The notes under the pieces: model-generated
The model's database searches: none
Seen by the model: the letters and a program-made list of their open reading frames with translations, nothing else
What the model was told of the DNA's origin: nothing
From: Candidatus Shapirobacteria bacterium
GTDB lineage: Bacteria; Patescibacteriota; Microgenomatia; UBA12405
DNA length: 43,986 nucleotides
Assembly: GCA_003250375.1 (NCBI GenBank)
Contig: QKGR01000019.1
Span: 1 to 43,986, forward strand
Reading direction: 5' to 3'
Part shown: positions 1-10,366 of the stretch, piece by piece
How positions within the stretch are numbered: the stretch's first letter is position 1
How the letters are laid out: each line of letters opens with the position of its first letter
Position numbers and translations under genes: made by a program

Positions 1-53
1 AAGATCTTTGGACATCGTATCATACAAGAATTTGGTGCAATGATAATTGTAGG

Positions 54-590
54 ATGTATTTGAGGCCGGGAATTGAAGAGCAACTATTGTTTCAAGATTT
101 ACACAACAGAAAAGTTGAGAAACTAGATATTGTTTTGTTGGACGTTAATAATGAATTAACAGATGAACAGATAACTAATTTGGATCAAGAATTAATATTA
201 CGGTATAAAGATAGCAAAGAAAAACGCGATGGTCGTTTTTCGGGGATGATTATGGGAGTTGGTAATAGTATGGCAATTTTCGTAAGAAGGTATAATCCGG
301 AAGAAAGTGAACATATGTTTGAAGATTATCCTGTTCCGGAAGATGAAATGATTTCAACATGGTCGACTCCACAAATGACACTACGTCATGAAGTTGCCCA
401 TTATAATCAATGGGAGTTCAATTATAATTTAGAAGAAGTTGTTGGTATGGATAATTATGGTGATTTGCTGAATGCTGCAGAACGGCAAGAAGGCGACGAT
501 TCGTCGGGTTATTGGGTGGTGATGGAGATGAAAGAGGGGGTAGTGGTGGCTAAAGAGGATTTTATGAAAGATATTCAAGAGATGATATAG
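54..590 (+). CDS. Hypothetical protein with HExxH zinc-metallopeptidase-like motif
   Basis: 178-aa ORF containing LRHEVAHY; -10-like GATAAT just before the ATG. Confidence 0.55.
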   Translation: MYLRPGIEEQLLFQDLHNRKVEKLDIVLLDVNNELTDEQITNLDQELILRYKDSKEKRDGRFSGMIMGVGNSMAIFVRRYNPEESEHMFEDYPVPEDEMISTWSTPQMTLRHEVAHYNQWEFNYNLEEVVGMDNYGDLLNAAERQEGDDSSGYWVVMEMKEGVVVAKEDFMKDIQEMI

Positions 591-638
591 ATGTTTGTGT
601 AGGATTTTTTTTGCGGGTGATAAGTACTAGAGGAGAAA

Positions 639-854
639 TTAGACTTGCCTGACAGAGATGACGTCGCCGCTGTTACCAAGGATTACTGGATTTTGACAAA
701 TATTACATCTTTTGCCTTTAACACCAGTTTCTATTGCCTTATTGCGTGCAGTAAACTCATTTTCTTGAACAACTTTGACAGTGATTGTTGAGGGATCAAT
801 TTTGTGATGAAGGTTGTTTGAACAGACAAGATTAAATGAAAATTCGTAAGGCAT
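639..854 (-). CDS. Small putative zinc-binding protein
   Basis: 71-aa ORF with CSNNLHH and CNIC motifs; -10-like TAAAAT shortly before the ATG. Confidence 0.5.
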   Translation of the reverse strand: MPYEFSFNLVCSNNLHHKIDPSTITVKVVQENEFTARNKAIETGVKGKRCNICQNPVILGNSGDVISVRQV

Positions 855-956
855 GGGTATATTTTACTATACTTTTGATTATTCGTAAATAATTTGGTAA
901 TTCGATTATTTGCTGATAAAATGATGATTATTGGTTTGAATAGAGGAGTTTGAAGT

Positions 957-2051
957 ATGAAGTTTGTAATTATGGCCGGAGGTTTTGGAAGCAAGTTGTG
1001 GCCTTTGAGTCGTGAGAAAGCACCGAAACAATTTATTAGTGTCATTGGAGAAAAATCACTTTTTCAGTTGACGATCGATTCAATTCTGACTAAATATTCG
1101 ATTGATGATATTTTTGTGTCGACAACGGAGGATGTGGAACACTATGTGTTGGAACAGGCTCCAAACTTACGAAAAGAAAATATAACTGTTGAACCAATGA
1201 TGAGGGATACAGGTCCTGCTTCATGCTTGGCGATGGCCAAAGTGGCGGAAAGATATCCGGATGAAGTGGTTTATTTTTATGTTCAGTGCGTGTGTGTTCG
1301 AAGCCCAGCTGAGAAATATATGGAAATGGTGGCTGAGATGGAAAATTTAGTTAAAAAATACGATAAGTTGGTAACTGGGACTTTGATCCCAAAATATTTG
1401 GAAACAGGAAGTGACTTGTTTAAGATGGGTAATTTGATCGAGTCGGAGTCGGGACTTAAAGTACACAATGTAGAAGAGTTTATAAACGTAGTAAATGAGA
1501 GGATGACAATTGAACAAGTGACTGAAATTGCAAAGAATAATGTGGTAGGAACTCATGCGAACCATTATACTTGGACGCCTAAATCGTTTTTCGAAGCCGT
1601 GAGTAGAATTCGACCCGATTGGATGGAAGTAGTTGAAGAATTGCGTGGAATTTTTGGTAAGGAAGATGAGAGGGAAAGAATGAGGGAAGTTTATTCTAAG
1701 TTTAATCCTGCTCGCATAGAAGTGTTTACGACTGAGTTGATTAAAGAAGGAAAAGTTATGGCGATCGAGTTGCCATTTGAATGGGCTCATGTGACTACTT
1801 GGGATGATGTGTATCGATATAGAGAAAATCATGGAATTAGTCTGATGGAAGGCGATGTTTTTCAGGTTGAAGGAGAAGGAAACTTAGTGATTTCAACTGA
1901 TAAAAAGAAATTTGTGTCGCTGATAGATATGAAGGATGTGGTGGTGGTTGATACTGGTGATTGTCTTTTGATTTCTCCAAGGGAATCGTCTAGTAAGGTG
2001 AAGGTTGTGCTCGATCAGTTAAAGCAGGAGGGAAGAGAAGAACTGTTGTGA
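957..2051 (+). CDS. manC: Mannose-1-phosphate guanylyltransferase
   Basis: N-terminal VIMAGGFGSKLWPLSR..PKQF, EPMMRDTGPA, C-terminal beta-helix VVVDTGDCLLI. Confidence 0.85.
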   Translation: MKFVIMAGGFGSKLWPLSREKAPKQFISVIGEKSLFQLTIDSILTKYSIDDIFVSTTEDVEHYVLEQAPNLRKENITVEPMMRDTGPASCLAMAKVAERYPDEVVYFYVQCVCVRSPAEKYMEMVAEMENLVKKYDKLVTGTLIPKYLETGSDLFKMGNLIESESGLKVHNVEEFINVVNERMTIEQVTEIAKNNVVGTHANHYTWTPKSFFEAVSRIRPDWMEVVEELRGIFGKEDERERMREVYSKFNPARIEVFTTELIKEGKVMAIELPFEWAHVTTWDDVYRYRENHGISLMEGDVFQVEGEGNLVISTDKKKFVSLIDMKDVVVVDTGDCLLISPRESSSKVKVVLDQLKQEGREELL

Positions 2052-2069
2052 TATTTGTTACAATAATTT

Positions 2070-2543
2070 GTGGTTTTCCGATGTCGTAAGAGAAATAGAT
2101 TTCCTGGATGTGGATACAGTGGAGGTTGGTATTTTGTAACCATAAATTCAAAATTTCATGGCGATGTTTTTGGTGTTGTAATTAATGGTAATTTTATTGA
2201 AAATGATTTTGGATTAATAGTTCGTAGGCAATGGTATTGGATGGTTGATCATTTTGGAATTTGGGGTGATGAGTTCGTGGTGATGCCAGATCATGTCCAT
2301 GGAATTGTATTTATTCCAAAGTTAGGGGCAGGTCTAGACCTGCCCGTACAAAAAAGAAATAATTTATCGAAAGTAATCGGTGCATTCAAAACAACGTCGT
2401 CAAAATTGATTCATGAAAAAGGTGAATTTGGATTTGTTTGGCAAAGATCGTTTTTTGATGAAATTATTAAAACGAAAAATCAATATAGGAATGTAAAAAG
2501 ATATGTTCGGTGCAATCCTAGGAACTGGAGGGGAAGTGAATAA
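2070..2543 (+). mobile_element. REP-associated tyrosine transposase (RAYT, IS200/Y1 HUH family)
   Basis: YFVTI, MPDHVHGI (HUH), IGAFKT, WQRSFFDEII, YVRCNP (catalytic Tyr); carries an internal REP palindrome at 2326-2345. Confidence 0.85.
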
Positions 2544-2607
2544 GATATTGTAAACTAAATTTGAAAGAAATAATTGATCGGGAATTGCTTTTGAGTAGAC
2601 TGGGAGA

Positions 2608-4215
2608 ATGAAATATATTTTTGTAATTGGTGGAGTGGTGTCTGGTTTGGGAAAGGGGATTGTAGCCTCGTCGGTGGGGTTACTGTTGAAGTCGTCAGGG
2701 TTTAAAGTCAATATGATTAAGATTGACCCGTACTTAAATGTGGATGCGGGAACAATGCGACCACAAGAACATGGGGAAACTTTTGTAACTGAAGATGGAG
2801 GAGAAATCGACCAGGATTTGGGAAATTACGAAAGATTTTTGAATCAAAATTTTTCCAAGGATAACAATATTACTTCGGGGAAAATTTACAAAACGATTAT
2901 TGAGAACGAAAGGGCGTTTAAGTACGAGGGGAGGGATGTGGAGATGATTCCCGACGTGCCAAATGAAGTAAAAAGAAGATTTTATGAAATGGAGAAGGAT
3001 TATGATTTTGTGGTGGTGGAGATTGGTGGTAGTACTGGGGACATTGAGAATTTACCTTTTTTGTATGCGGCCAGAGAAGTAGGTAGAGAGAGGGAGGCTA
3101 TGTACATTTTGGTGTCCTACGTGCCGTTTTTGAAAAATGTAGGAGAACTAAAAACAAAACCAACTCAGCATGCAATCCGGGGATTGCGGTCGACGGGAAT
3201 AAATCCCGATGTACTGATTACCCGAAGTGAAATTGGAATGGATGAACCAAGGTTGGAAACTTTGGCAAAACGATGTTTTTTGGATGAGGATGCAATTTTT
3301 GATGATGCCGATTGCTCTTCGATTTATGAGGTACCAGTGGTTTTGGAAAAACAAGGCTTGGCAAAAAAGATCTTTAAGAATTTTAAAATTAAGGGACATA
3401 GTCCCGATTTGAGGGAGTGGAAAAAATCTATAAGAAAGGGCGGGGAAAAAAAGGCGCATAATAATGCGCCTGTACAGATTGCTCTTGTGGGAAAATATGT
3501 GAATTTTGGGAAGGGGAAGCATGCGGATGTTTATGTGTCGGTGATGGAGGCATTGAGGCATGGGGCCATGGCCAATGATGTAAATTTGAAAATTGAAATG
3601 GTGGATTCGTCGGAATTAAATTTGGAAAAATTAAAAAAATTCGATGGAATCGTGGCGCCACAGGGTTGGGGAAGTAGGGGAACGGAGGGGATAATAAAAG
3701 CAATTAGAATAGCGCGAGAGAATAAAATTCCCTATTTGGGGTTATGTTTTGGGATGCAAATGGCGGTGATTGAATTTGGAAGAAATGTGCTGGGGCTTGA
3801 GGGAGCAAATTCGGAGGAAGTGGATCCAAAGGCAAAACATAAGGTGGTACATATTATGCCCGAGCAAAAAGAATATTTGGAAAAACACCAATATGGGGGC
3901 ACAATTCGACTAGGGGCTTGGCCATGTAAGATTGGGAAAGGGACAAAATTAAGTCAAATTTATGGAAAAGATTTGGTACAAGAAAGGCATAGGCATAGAT
4001 ATGAATTCAACAATGAGTTTAAAGAAAGGTACGAGCAAGCGGGGATGGTGTTTTCGGGGACTAGTCCGGATGGGAAATTAGTAGAGGCAATTGAATTGGT
4101 CGATCACCCATTTTTTGTGGCAACTCAATTTCATCCGGAGTACAAGTCCAGACCTTTGAGTCCACATCCAATATTTGTGGAGTTTGTGAGGAAATCTAAA
4201 AATAAGGTGGTATAA
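2608..4215 (+). CDS. pyrG: CTP synthase
   Basis: KYIFVIGGVVSGLGKG, KIDPYLNVDAGTM, GLCFGMQ, RHRHRYE, TQFHPE motifs. Confidence 0.98.
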   Translation: MKYIFVIGGVVSGLGKGIVASSVGLLLKSSGFKVNMIKIDPYLNVDAGTMRPQEHGETFVTEDGGEIDQDLGNYERFLNQNFSKDNNITSGKIYKTIIENERAFKYEGRDVEMIPDVPNEVKRRFYEMEKDYDFVVVEIGGSTGDIENLPFLYAAREVGREREAMYILVSYVPFLKNVGELKTKPTQHAIRGLRSTGINPDVLITRSEIGMDEPRLETLAKRCFLDEDAIFDDADCSSIYEVPVVLEKQGLAKKIFKNFKIKGHSPDLREWKKSIRKGGEKKAHNNAPVQIALVGKYVNFGKGKHADVYVSVMEALRHGAMANDVNLKIEMVDSSELNLEKLKKFDGIVAPQGWGSRGTEGIIKAIRIARENKIPYLGLCFGMQMAVIEFGRNVLGLEGANSEEVDPKAKHKVVHIMPEQKEYLEKHQYGGTIRLGAWPCKIGKGTKLSQIYGKDLVQERHRHRYEFNNEFKERYEQAGMVFSGTSPDGKLVEAIELVDHPFFVATQFHPEYKSRPLSPHPIFVEFVRKSKNKVV

Positions 4216-4221
4216 TACGAT

Positions 4222-4869
4222 ATGTCTGAAAGAGATGAGTATGGTAAACATCAGTGGATGTATGAGTTGGCTGATAATATTCCGACTCAACTCGAAGCGG
4301 CGTTAGTTGGCGACTGCAGGAAAATACCGTTTTTTATTAGAGAGGCTAAGGTTCCCGAATTTGAGAAGAGGTCTAAAAAAATTCGTGATGGAAGGTTGCT
4401 TGGTGGTGAAAAGTGCATGTTAGCAATTCCTGTTGTTTTGCCTAATCTTTTAATTGATGGTCCAAACGGTAGGAAGGATTCTGTTGGGGTAGCGAGAATG
4501 TTTTTGGTTGCCGATTCGAAGCTTGATGCTGTTGGTAGTTATCGTATTAATTGTGCAGGATCAGCTGCGGAAAGTATAATCGAGGACTCTCGTTTGAAAT
4601 TAATTCTTGTCGATGATCTCTATGATAGACAAGAAGTTGCTTTAAACGTTGATGATTGTGTAGGTTTGTTGGAAGAAATTCGGAAAGTAATGCCTGTAAT
4701 ATCTAGATTAAATTCAGAAGGAAAAGCCGGTTTTGCAAATGATTTGTTGGAGAGTCTCTATCTGACTGCAATAAATAATCTGGTAATTGGTGGGGCGCAT
4801 TTTCTTTTAACATCAGGTTTTGATGCAAAAGAGACTGCAGAGTATTGTAATAACATGATTACGAGGTAA
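4222..4869 (+). CDS. Hypothetical protein
   Basis: 215-aa ORF preceded by extended -10 TGGTATAAT 6 nt before the ATG. Confidence 0.55.
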   Translation: MSERDEYGKHQWMYELADNIPTQLEAALVGDCRKIPFFIREAKVPEFEKRSKKIRDGRLLGGEKCMLAIPVVLPNLLIDGPNGRKDSVGVARMFLVADSKLDAVGSYRINCAGSAAESIIEDSRLKLILVDDLYDRQEVALNVDDCVGLLEEIRKVMPVISRLNSEGKAGFANDLLESLYLTAINNLVIGGAHFLLTSGFDAKETAEYCNNMITR

Positions 4870-5671
4870 TGATTTTGTAGATTTCGGAGACGAGGGTGGC
4901 GGGGTCGATGGTTTTGAAGTGGTAGTTGGGCATGAGGCGATGGAGGTGCTTGAAAGCATAGGGGAGCTCGGTGCAGCCGACAATAAATGTTTTGTGGCCA
5001 AGTAGTTGGAGGGATTGGCCTAGCTGAAGAATTCTTTGGTCGAAAATTTTGGGGTTGAGTAATTCGTCGATGGAAATGCCAGAGGTGGAAGTGTCGTCGC
5101 CACCGATGGCTTTGACATGCCAAATTATTTGTTGGACTAATTTGGCCAAATCGTCGTGTTTTGATTTGATTAGAGTATTAAATTTTTGGCGAGTTAGGTA
5201 TTGGGTAAGAGGGTAGGTGCCAAGGAAGAGTGGCATGTCTTTTGAAGAAAAAATTATTTTGATGGCGGAGGTGTTGGTGAGGAGGAAGTTTTCGTCGGGG
5301 TGGCGAGTACGAGAATTGAGTGTGTCGATGTTGCGACTGTTGACGAGTGTGAGTTTAATTTTTCGCCATTGGAGAATTCTTTGGAGATATTGGGCATAGT
5401 GGCTATAGGCGGCGGTGTTGCAGGCGACGGCGAAGTTTCGATAGCCTCGGAGGCTGTATTTTTGAATGTTATTGGCAATATCCTGGCCGACGCCGTGGTT
5501 GTCGCGGTTGATATTTATATCGTTGGGAGTAGAGAGAATACGGGGACGGACTTTGGCAAAAACAAGAATACTGTCAGGGTATTTCTTTTTAAATTCATCG
5601 AAATAAATTTGACCTGAAAGTTTGTCGGGAGCGATGACGACTACGGTAGTAAGATTTGGTTGCGAAGGCAT
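4859..5671 (-). CDS. Aspartate/glutamate racemase family protein
   Basis: Two catalytic cysteine motifs, VACNTA and VGCTELP, plus C-terminal IDP. Confidence 0.75.
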   Translation of the reverse strand: MPSQPNLTTVVVIAPDKLSGQIYFDEFKKKYPDSILVFAKVRPRILSTPNDININRDNHGVGQDIANNIQKYSLRGYRNFAVACNTAAYSHYAQYLQRILQWRKIKLTLVNSRNIDTLNSRTRHPDENFLLTNTSAIKIIFSSKDMPLFLGTYPLTQYLTRQKFNTLIKSKHDDLAKLVQQIIWHVKAIGGDDTSTSGISIDELLNPKIFDQRILQLGQSLQLLGHKTFIVGCTELPYAFKHLHRLMPNYHFKTIDPATLVSEIYKIITS

Positions 5672-5737
5672 TGAGTGATTAATTTTAGGTAATTTTGAGT
5701 CGTGTTACAATTGCTTAAGTTATAAATATAACAAAGT

Positions 5738-6292
5738 ATGCCAACAGCAAAGGAATGTCAGAGGCGTGACAGGGCTGAGAAACAAAGGCTTTTAGAAGTT
5801 GGGAAATTAGGAGCTTTTAAAGACATATTGCGTCGTGAAGTGGCTATGAGGATGACGGCTTGGGGAGATGCGGATATAGGTGTTTTAAATGGGTTAATTT
5901 TTGATCAAATACAAGGTCGACGAGGATTTTCGACTCATCCTGTGCTAATCTCTGGTGGTAGAACATATGCTTATCAGGGTAAAGAGCTGATGCAGAAATC
6001 TAATTTGAATGGTAAGATTGCGTTTGACTACGAAAATAAAATATTGTCTGTTGGAGTAAATTGGTTTGGAGAAGATAGTAGGGCTAGTGAATATACGCAT
6101 GCGAATAATGGAGATGCTTTATCCTATCTTATAGGTGAAAGAAAGTACGGATCGTTTAATGGTTATTATGTTGAGTTGAGTGATCTTGGTATATTGAGCG
6201 CCAGACAAAGAATAACCTTTTTAAGGCTGACAAGAGAAGGATTGAATATGGCTTGTGGGTGGAGAAAAGATAAGAGAGTAAATTTGGAATAA
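5738..6292 (+). CDS. Hypothetical protein
   Basis: 184-aa ORF ending at a bidirectional terminator. Confidence 0.55.
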   Translation: MPTAKECQRRDRAEKQRLLEVGKLGAFKDILRREVAMRMTAWGDADIGVLNGLIFDQIQGRRGFSTHPVLISGGRTYAYQGKELMQKSNLNGKIAFDYENKILSVGVNWFGEDSRASEYTHANNGDALSYLIGERKYGSFNGYYVELSDLGILSARQRITFLRLTREGLNMACGWRKDKRVNLE

Positions 6293-6320
6293 AAAATCCC
6301 CCGGGGAACCGGGGGATTTT
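6293..6320. terminator. Bidirectional intrinsic terminator between the hypothetical gene and rplL
   Basis: AAAATCCCCCGG-GGAA-CCGGGGGATTTT hairpin with A and T tails. Confidence 0.8.
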
Positions 6321-6383
6321 AATATAAATCCTCTTGTTCAAACAAAGTTTGAACTTTCCCCTTTCACAAGGGGATATTAGAAC

Positions 6384-6788
6384 TTATTTTAATTCAACGG
6401 TAGCACCAGCCTCAGTAAGTTTGGCTTTGGCATCGTTGGCGGCATCTTTCTTCATGTTGCCGAGGTTGGCAGGACAGGCATCGACCATGTCTTTGGCTTC
6501 TTTCAAACCTAATTCAGGTTTGAATTCGCGGACGACTTTGATGACGGCGATTTTGTTGGTACCAGCATTGGTAATAACAACGTCGAATTCAGTCTTTTCT
6601 TCAGCAGCAGGAGCAGCTTCACCAGCAGCGGCGGTAGCGCCAGCAGCAGCAACAGGAGCGGCAGCCATAGCTTGGACTCCAAATTTGTCTTCGAGAGCTT
6701 TAACGAGCTCGGAGAGTTCGAGAACTGATAATTCGGCTACAGAATCAATTATTTTCTGTAATTTTTCGGAAACTTTTACTTCTTCCAT
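6384..6788 (-). CDS. rplL: 50S ribosomal protein bL12 (L7/L12)
   Basis: [19 protein letters not shown], Ala hinge, [30 protein letters not shown]. Confidence 0.98.
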   Translation of the reverse strand: MEEVKVSEKLQKIIDSVAELSVLELSELVKALEDKFGVQAMAAAPVAAAGATAAAGEAAPAAEEKTEFDVVITNAGTNKIAVIKVVREFKPELGLKEAKDMVDACPANLGNMKKDAANDAKAKLTEAGATVELK

Positions 6789-6824
6789 GTTTTTTAATTT
6801 TTTAAATTTATAATTTTTAATTAA

Positions 6825-7346
6825 TTATTGTTGAGAAGCTTTTTGAGCTTCAATAGCTTTAAGAACTAAAGCCAATTTGGTTTGATTGAATTTAAGAGAG
6901 AACACCAATCTTTGAAGAGGATTGGCCAAACCACCGACGAATCTGGAAATAAGAACAGATTTTGAAGGTAGGTTGAGGAAGGTCTTAAGTTCATCAACAG
7001 AGAGAAGTTTGTTCTCGTAAATACCATATTTGAAAAAGGTAACTTCTTTGTCTTTGTTGACTTTATCGATTTCCTTAAGAGGAGCAATTTCGTCCTCGTT
7101 GGAGTAGGCGATAGAGGTCGGACCAGTAAGAACTTCGGGCAACTGAATACCCATTTTCTTGAGTGCACGGGCAATAATGGTGTTTTTGACAACTTCCATT
7201 TTTCCACCTTGGCTTCTGATTGAATCGCGAAGAGAAGCGGTGTTTGCGGCATCTAATCCTTGGTATTGGACTAGGGCGGCAGATTTGGCCTGGCTTAGCT
7301 TGGTGACAACTTCGTCAACTTGTTGAATTTTTGCTTGATTTGCCAT
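6825..7346 (-). CDS. rplJ: 50S ribosomal protein uL10
   Basis: YQGL, VVKNT, LTGPT, LPSK motifs; directly upstream of rplL. Confidence 0.95.
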   Translation of the reverse strand: MANQAKIQQVDEVVTKLSQAKSAALVQYQGLDAANTASLRDSIRSQGGKMEVVKNTIIARALKKMGIQLPEVLTGPTSIAYSNEDEIAPLKEIDKVNKDKEVTFFKYGIYENKLLSVDELKTFLNLPSKSVLISRFVGGLANPLQRLVFSLKFNQTKLALVLKAIEAQKASQQ

Positions 7347-7389
7347 GAATATTAATTTTTAATTTATAATTTCAAATTTTTAAACGAAA

Positions 7390-7492
7390 ACGGCCTCGTT
7401 ACCGAGGCGCGAGATAAATCAGTTTGATATTCCTCGGTGAGATGCTTCGTCTCTGCTGTTTAGCAGATCACTCACTGTCTTCGGTAGGACAG
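7390..7492 (-). promoter_or_regulatory. Ribosomal protein L10 leader (autoregulatory RNA)
   Basis: Minus strand reads CCGAAGACAGUGAG...CUCACCGAGG...GCCUCGGUAACGAGGC, resembling the L10-leader consensus, directly upstream of rplJ. Confidence 0.75.
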
Positions 7493-7521
7493 GTTGTATT
7501 ATAGCTTAAATTTGGCGATGG

Positions 7522-7701
7522 TCAAGATCGAGAATTTCTGGGAGTAAAAACTGAAACTAGATGTTTGACTGCTTCTTTAAGAGCGAGCTGAGTGGCTATT
7601 GGGCTTCCGTCGGGAGAAGTAGCTCCTATTGCTTCGATTTTTTGAAGTTGTTCAGAAAAGGATAAGGTAGGGGATTCTTTTTGCTCGGGTTTTGTAGTCA
7701 T
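7522..7701 (-). CDS. Small hypothetical protein (leaderless)
   Basis: MTTKPEQK start at 7701, 6 nt after the -10 box of a perfect sigma70 promoter. Confidence 0.55.
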   Translation of the reverse strand: MTTKPEQKESPTLSFSEQLQKIEAIGATSPDGSPIATQLALKEAVKHLVSVFTPRNSRS

Positions 7702-7707
7702 GTGGTA

Positions 7708-7736
7708 ATTATAACATAAAAATACCATAATGTCAA
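7708..7736 (-). promoter_or_regulatory. Consensus sigma70 promoter TTGACA-17-TATAAT
   Basis: Plus-strand ATTATA 7708-7713 and TGTCAA 7731-7736. Confidence 0.8.
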
Positions 7737-7820
7737 GTTATAGGATATGTGTGGAAGTTGAACTTTGGGGTGGACATTAGGTGGATTTGAGCCTAAAATC
7801 AAAAGGTTAGAAATTGTGAT

Positions 7821-8060
7821 TTGCAAAATCAGGATAAAATTTATCCTGGCTTTGTAGGGCACAGATTAAAGGAGGCTAGTATGCAAAACAAGGCTGAGGC
7901 GTTGAAGGTAGTTAATGGAATACAATCGAGTTTGGGCGATAAAAAGTTAATGATGGGTGTAGTGGGGAAGGAGTGGGGTGTGGTAAAAACTCTTAATTCT
8001 GAACAATTGGCGACAATGCTTAGGAGTCGACTCGGACGAGGAGAAATTAGGCGGAGATAG
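7821..8060 (+). CDS. Small hypothetical protein
   Basis: 79-aa ORF filling the gap before the hydrolase gene; start uncertain. Confidence 0.35.
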   Translation: MQNQDKIYPGFVGHRLKEASMQNKAEALKVVNGIQSSLGDKKLMMGVVGKEWGVVKTLNSEQLATMLRSRLGRGEIRRR

Positions 8061-8080
8061 TTTTTGGGGATAGAATAGAA

Positions 8081-9160
8081 TTGATGATGAAAAGAATTGT
8101 GGCAGGAATAATGCTTCTGGTGGCATCGGGGCTGGGAGTGTGGTGGGTGTATGGAAATTTGACCTGGGTGGATTCGGGGGTAAGAAGGAAGAAAGAAGTG
8201 CAGGAAATGCCGCTGAGTAAATATAATTATGATGAGCTGAGGGAAAGAGGTGGAATTGCAGGCGAGTTTGAACTGGGAGGGAAAATTCAGGCGGTAATCG
8301 ATAGGCGGGATAATTGCGTGGGAGCAAATTGCCTGCCCGAGGCCGATTATAGTTTTGAAACTAAGCAATTTAAGTTTAAAACTGATGGCCGGTGGATGTC
8401 GGGGATGATAAATATGCCAAATTCGGTGCTAGAGTGTGCGATGAATCTAAAAAATGATTGTAGTGCCAAGAAAGTACCGGCAATAGTAATGGTACGGGGG
8501 TTTGCGGAGACGGCAGGGTATTATTCGGGGTCGGGGAGTTGGCGGATTGCCGATAGGTTGGCGTCGAAGGGCTACGCCACAGTGTCGTTGGATTTTTTGG
8601 GCTTTGCCGATTCGGATATGCCTTCGGAAGATATTTTGGAAGCGAGGTTTGAGAAGGTGCCGGAGCTAATGGATTTGTTGGCGACAGTGAAAAGTTTGAA
8701 TTTTGTGGATAGTAGCAAGATTGGGATTTGGGCGCATAGCAATGGAGGTCAAATTACTTTGTCGGCGCTGGAGACAATGGGAGGGTATTATCCGACAGTG
8801 TTGTGGGCGCCAATGACCAATCCTTTTCCCCAGAGCGTGCTGGAGACGATTGACGACGATGAGGCGGGTAGGATAGTGCGGGCAAAAATTGAAGAGTTTG
8901 GCCAGAGCTACGATTTTCGGCAGTATGCTTTTGAAAATTATTATAATTGGATTGATTCGCCAGTGCTAATTCATCAGGGGACGGCGGATGAGTGGTGCGA
9001 GCTTAGTTGGCAGCAGGAAGTGGTGAGTAAACTTAAAGGATTTGGGAAGACAGCCGAGCTGGATGTGCTAATTGGGGACGATCATAATTTGTCTAAAAAT
9101 TGGTTGGAGGTGGTGCAGAAGGATGTGGAATTTTACAATCAGAGGCTAGGAAATTTCTAA
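8081..9160 (+). CDS. Membrane-anchored alpha/beta hydrolase (S9 peptidase-like)
   Basis: N-terminal TM segment, IGIWAHSNGG nucleophile elbow, IHQGTAD, GDDHNL. Confidence 0.85.
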   Translation: MMMKRIVAGIMLLVASGLGVWWVYGNLTWVDSGVRRKKEVQEMPLSKYNYDELRERGGIAGEFELGGKIQAVIDRRDNCVGANCLPEADYSFETKQFKFKTDGRWMSGMINMPNSVLECAMNLKNDCSAKKVPAIVMVRGFAETAGYYSGSGSWRIADRLASKGYATVSLDFLGFADSDMPSEDILEARFEKVPELMDLLATVKSLNFVDSSKIGIWAHSNGGQITLSALETMGGYYPTVLWAPMTNPFPQSVLETIDDDEAGRIVRAKIEEFGQSYDFRQYAFENYYNWIDSPVLIHQGTADEWCELSWQQEVVSKLKGFGKTAELDVLIGDDHNLSKNWLEVVQKDVEFYNQRLGNF

Positions 9161-9631
9161 GTCGAGGAGGAGAGTTTGAAATTTTTGGTACTGGTTGGGG
9201 AAAACAAAATATGATTCGATTTGATTTAAATCGATCCATTTGAGGGCTTTTATTTCCTCAATTTGAGTCTGAATTTCGGATACTTGTCCAAGGAATTCGA
9301 CGAAAAATTGGGTGCGTTGTTGGCCTCGTCGCCAAATACCTTTTTTGTGAAAGGTGCTGACGACTACTTCGTCGGGCCACTCATAACAATCGATGATGGA
9401 ACTTTGTTTTAGGATTTTAAATTTAGGGCAGCCTAATTCTTCTGATAGTTCTCGGATGATGGCTTGAGCGGGTGTTTCGTTTTGGTCGACTCCACCACCG
9501 GGCATGTCCCATTCATTGTCCTTAAAACTTTTCTTTTGAATAATCAGTACTTGGTTGTCCTTTATGATTAGGGCGGATGTACTTTGGCGATAGTCGAGTT
9601 GATCTCGATTGAATAGTGAATTGTTGTCCAT
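9146..9631 (-). CDS. NUDIX hydrolase (RppH-like)
   Basis: Nudix box GGGVDQNETPAQAIIRELSEELG and RGQQR motif; start probably MDNN at 9631. Confidence 0.85.
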   Translation of the reverse strand: MDNNSLFNRDQLDYRQSTSALIIKDNQVLIIQKKSFKDNEWDMPGGGVDQNETPAQAIIRELSEELGCPKFKILKQSSIIDCYEWPDEVVVSTFHKKGIWRRGQQRTQFFVEFLGQVSEIQTQIEEIKALKWIDLNQIESYFVFPNQYQKFQTLLLDLEIS

Positions 9632-9714
9632 GTCTGGTTGGAATAGTGTAGTATATTTATATATGAGCCACAAGGTTGTTTTGGTGGATGTGGGGAAGTA
9701 TTTTTTCTGATTTT

Positions 9715-10287
9715 ATGAAAGTAATTTTAGTTAGACACGCAAAAATAGATAGAGGAAATGGTATTGTTCAGGCTGAAGACGACCATATTATTGTAGACGA
9801 AGATACTATGGTAAAGGTAGATAAAGCGCAAGTCGCTGTGTCTGACTCGGATGTGGTCTTTTGTTCAGATTTGAATAGAGCCAAAGAAACAGTAAAACTA
9901 TTGTTTCCAAATAGAAAAGACATTGTATATTCCGAGTTGCTACGAGAATATGTGAGGCCGTCGAGATTTGTGGGTAAAGATAAAAAAGAATTAGTGAACT
10001 TCTGGGAAGTTGAACATAAACAAGACAGATATGATCCTTTTTGGAAACCAGAAGACGGCGAGTCGTATTTTGAATGTGCGAGTAGAGCGGAGAAATTTTA
10101 CAGAAAATTGCTTGAAGTTAAAGAAACTGGAGTCCAGAAGGTTGTGGTAGTAGGCCATGGTACATTGTTTAGACATTTGGTTTGTGCTTTAGTAGGAGTG
10201 GATTGGAAAGAGAATCCTAGAATTGGAATAGATTTGTTGAGGAGTTTTTCTTGGGATAATTTAGAATCAAAGAATTATGAGATTTAG
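9715..10287 (+). CDS. Histidine phosphatase (phosphoglycerate mutase) family protein
   Basis: LVRHA, SDLNRAKET, LLRE, GES, VVGHG motifs. Confidence 0.85.
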   Translation: MKVILVRHAKIDRGNGIVQAEDDHIIVDEDTMVKVDKAQVAVSDSDVVFCSDLNRAKETVKLLFPNRKDIVYSELLREYVRPSRFVGKDKKELVNFWEVEHKQDRYDPFWKPEDGESYFECASRAEKFYRKLLEVKETGVQKVVVVGHGTLFRHLVCALVGVDWKENPRIGIDLLRSFSWDNLESKNYEI

Positions 10288-10366
10288 ATAGGTTGAACGA
10301 TGTTGGTTTTTAGCGTATCAGTGTGATATTATTGAACATTGAATTCGTTATCTATTTTTCAGATAT

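Noticed and set aside
6334..6813. Antisense ORFs over rplL, rplA, nusG, ddl-like, nrdJ, glyA and other genes
   Set aside because: Shadow frames of well-supported genes with no recognisable motifs
8316..8342. Possible degenerate REP inside the hydrolase gene (CVGANCLPE)
   Set aside because: Palindrome too weak and lacks the GTACA tail
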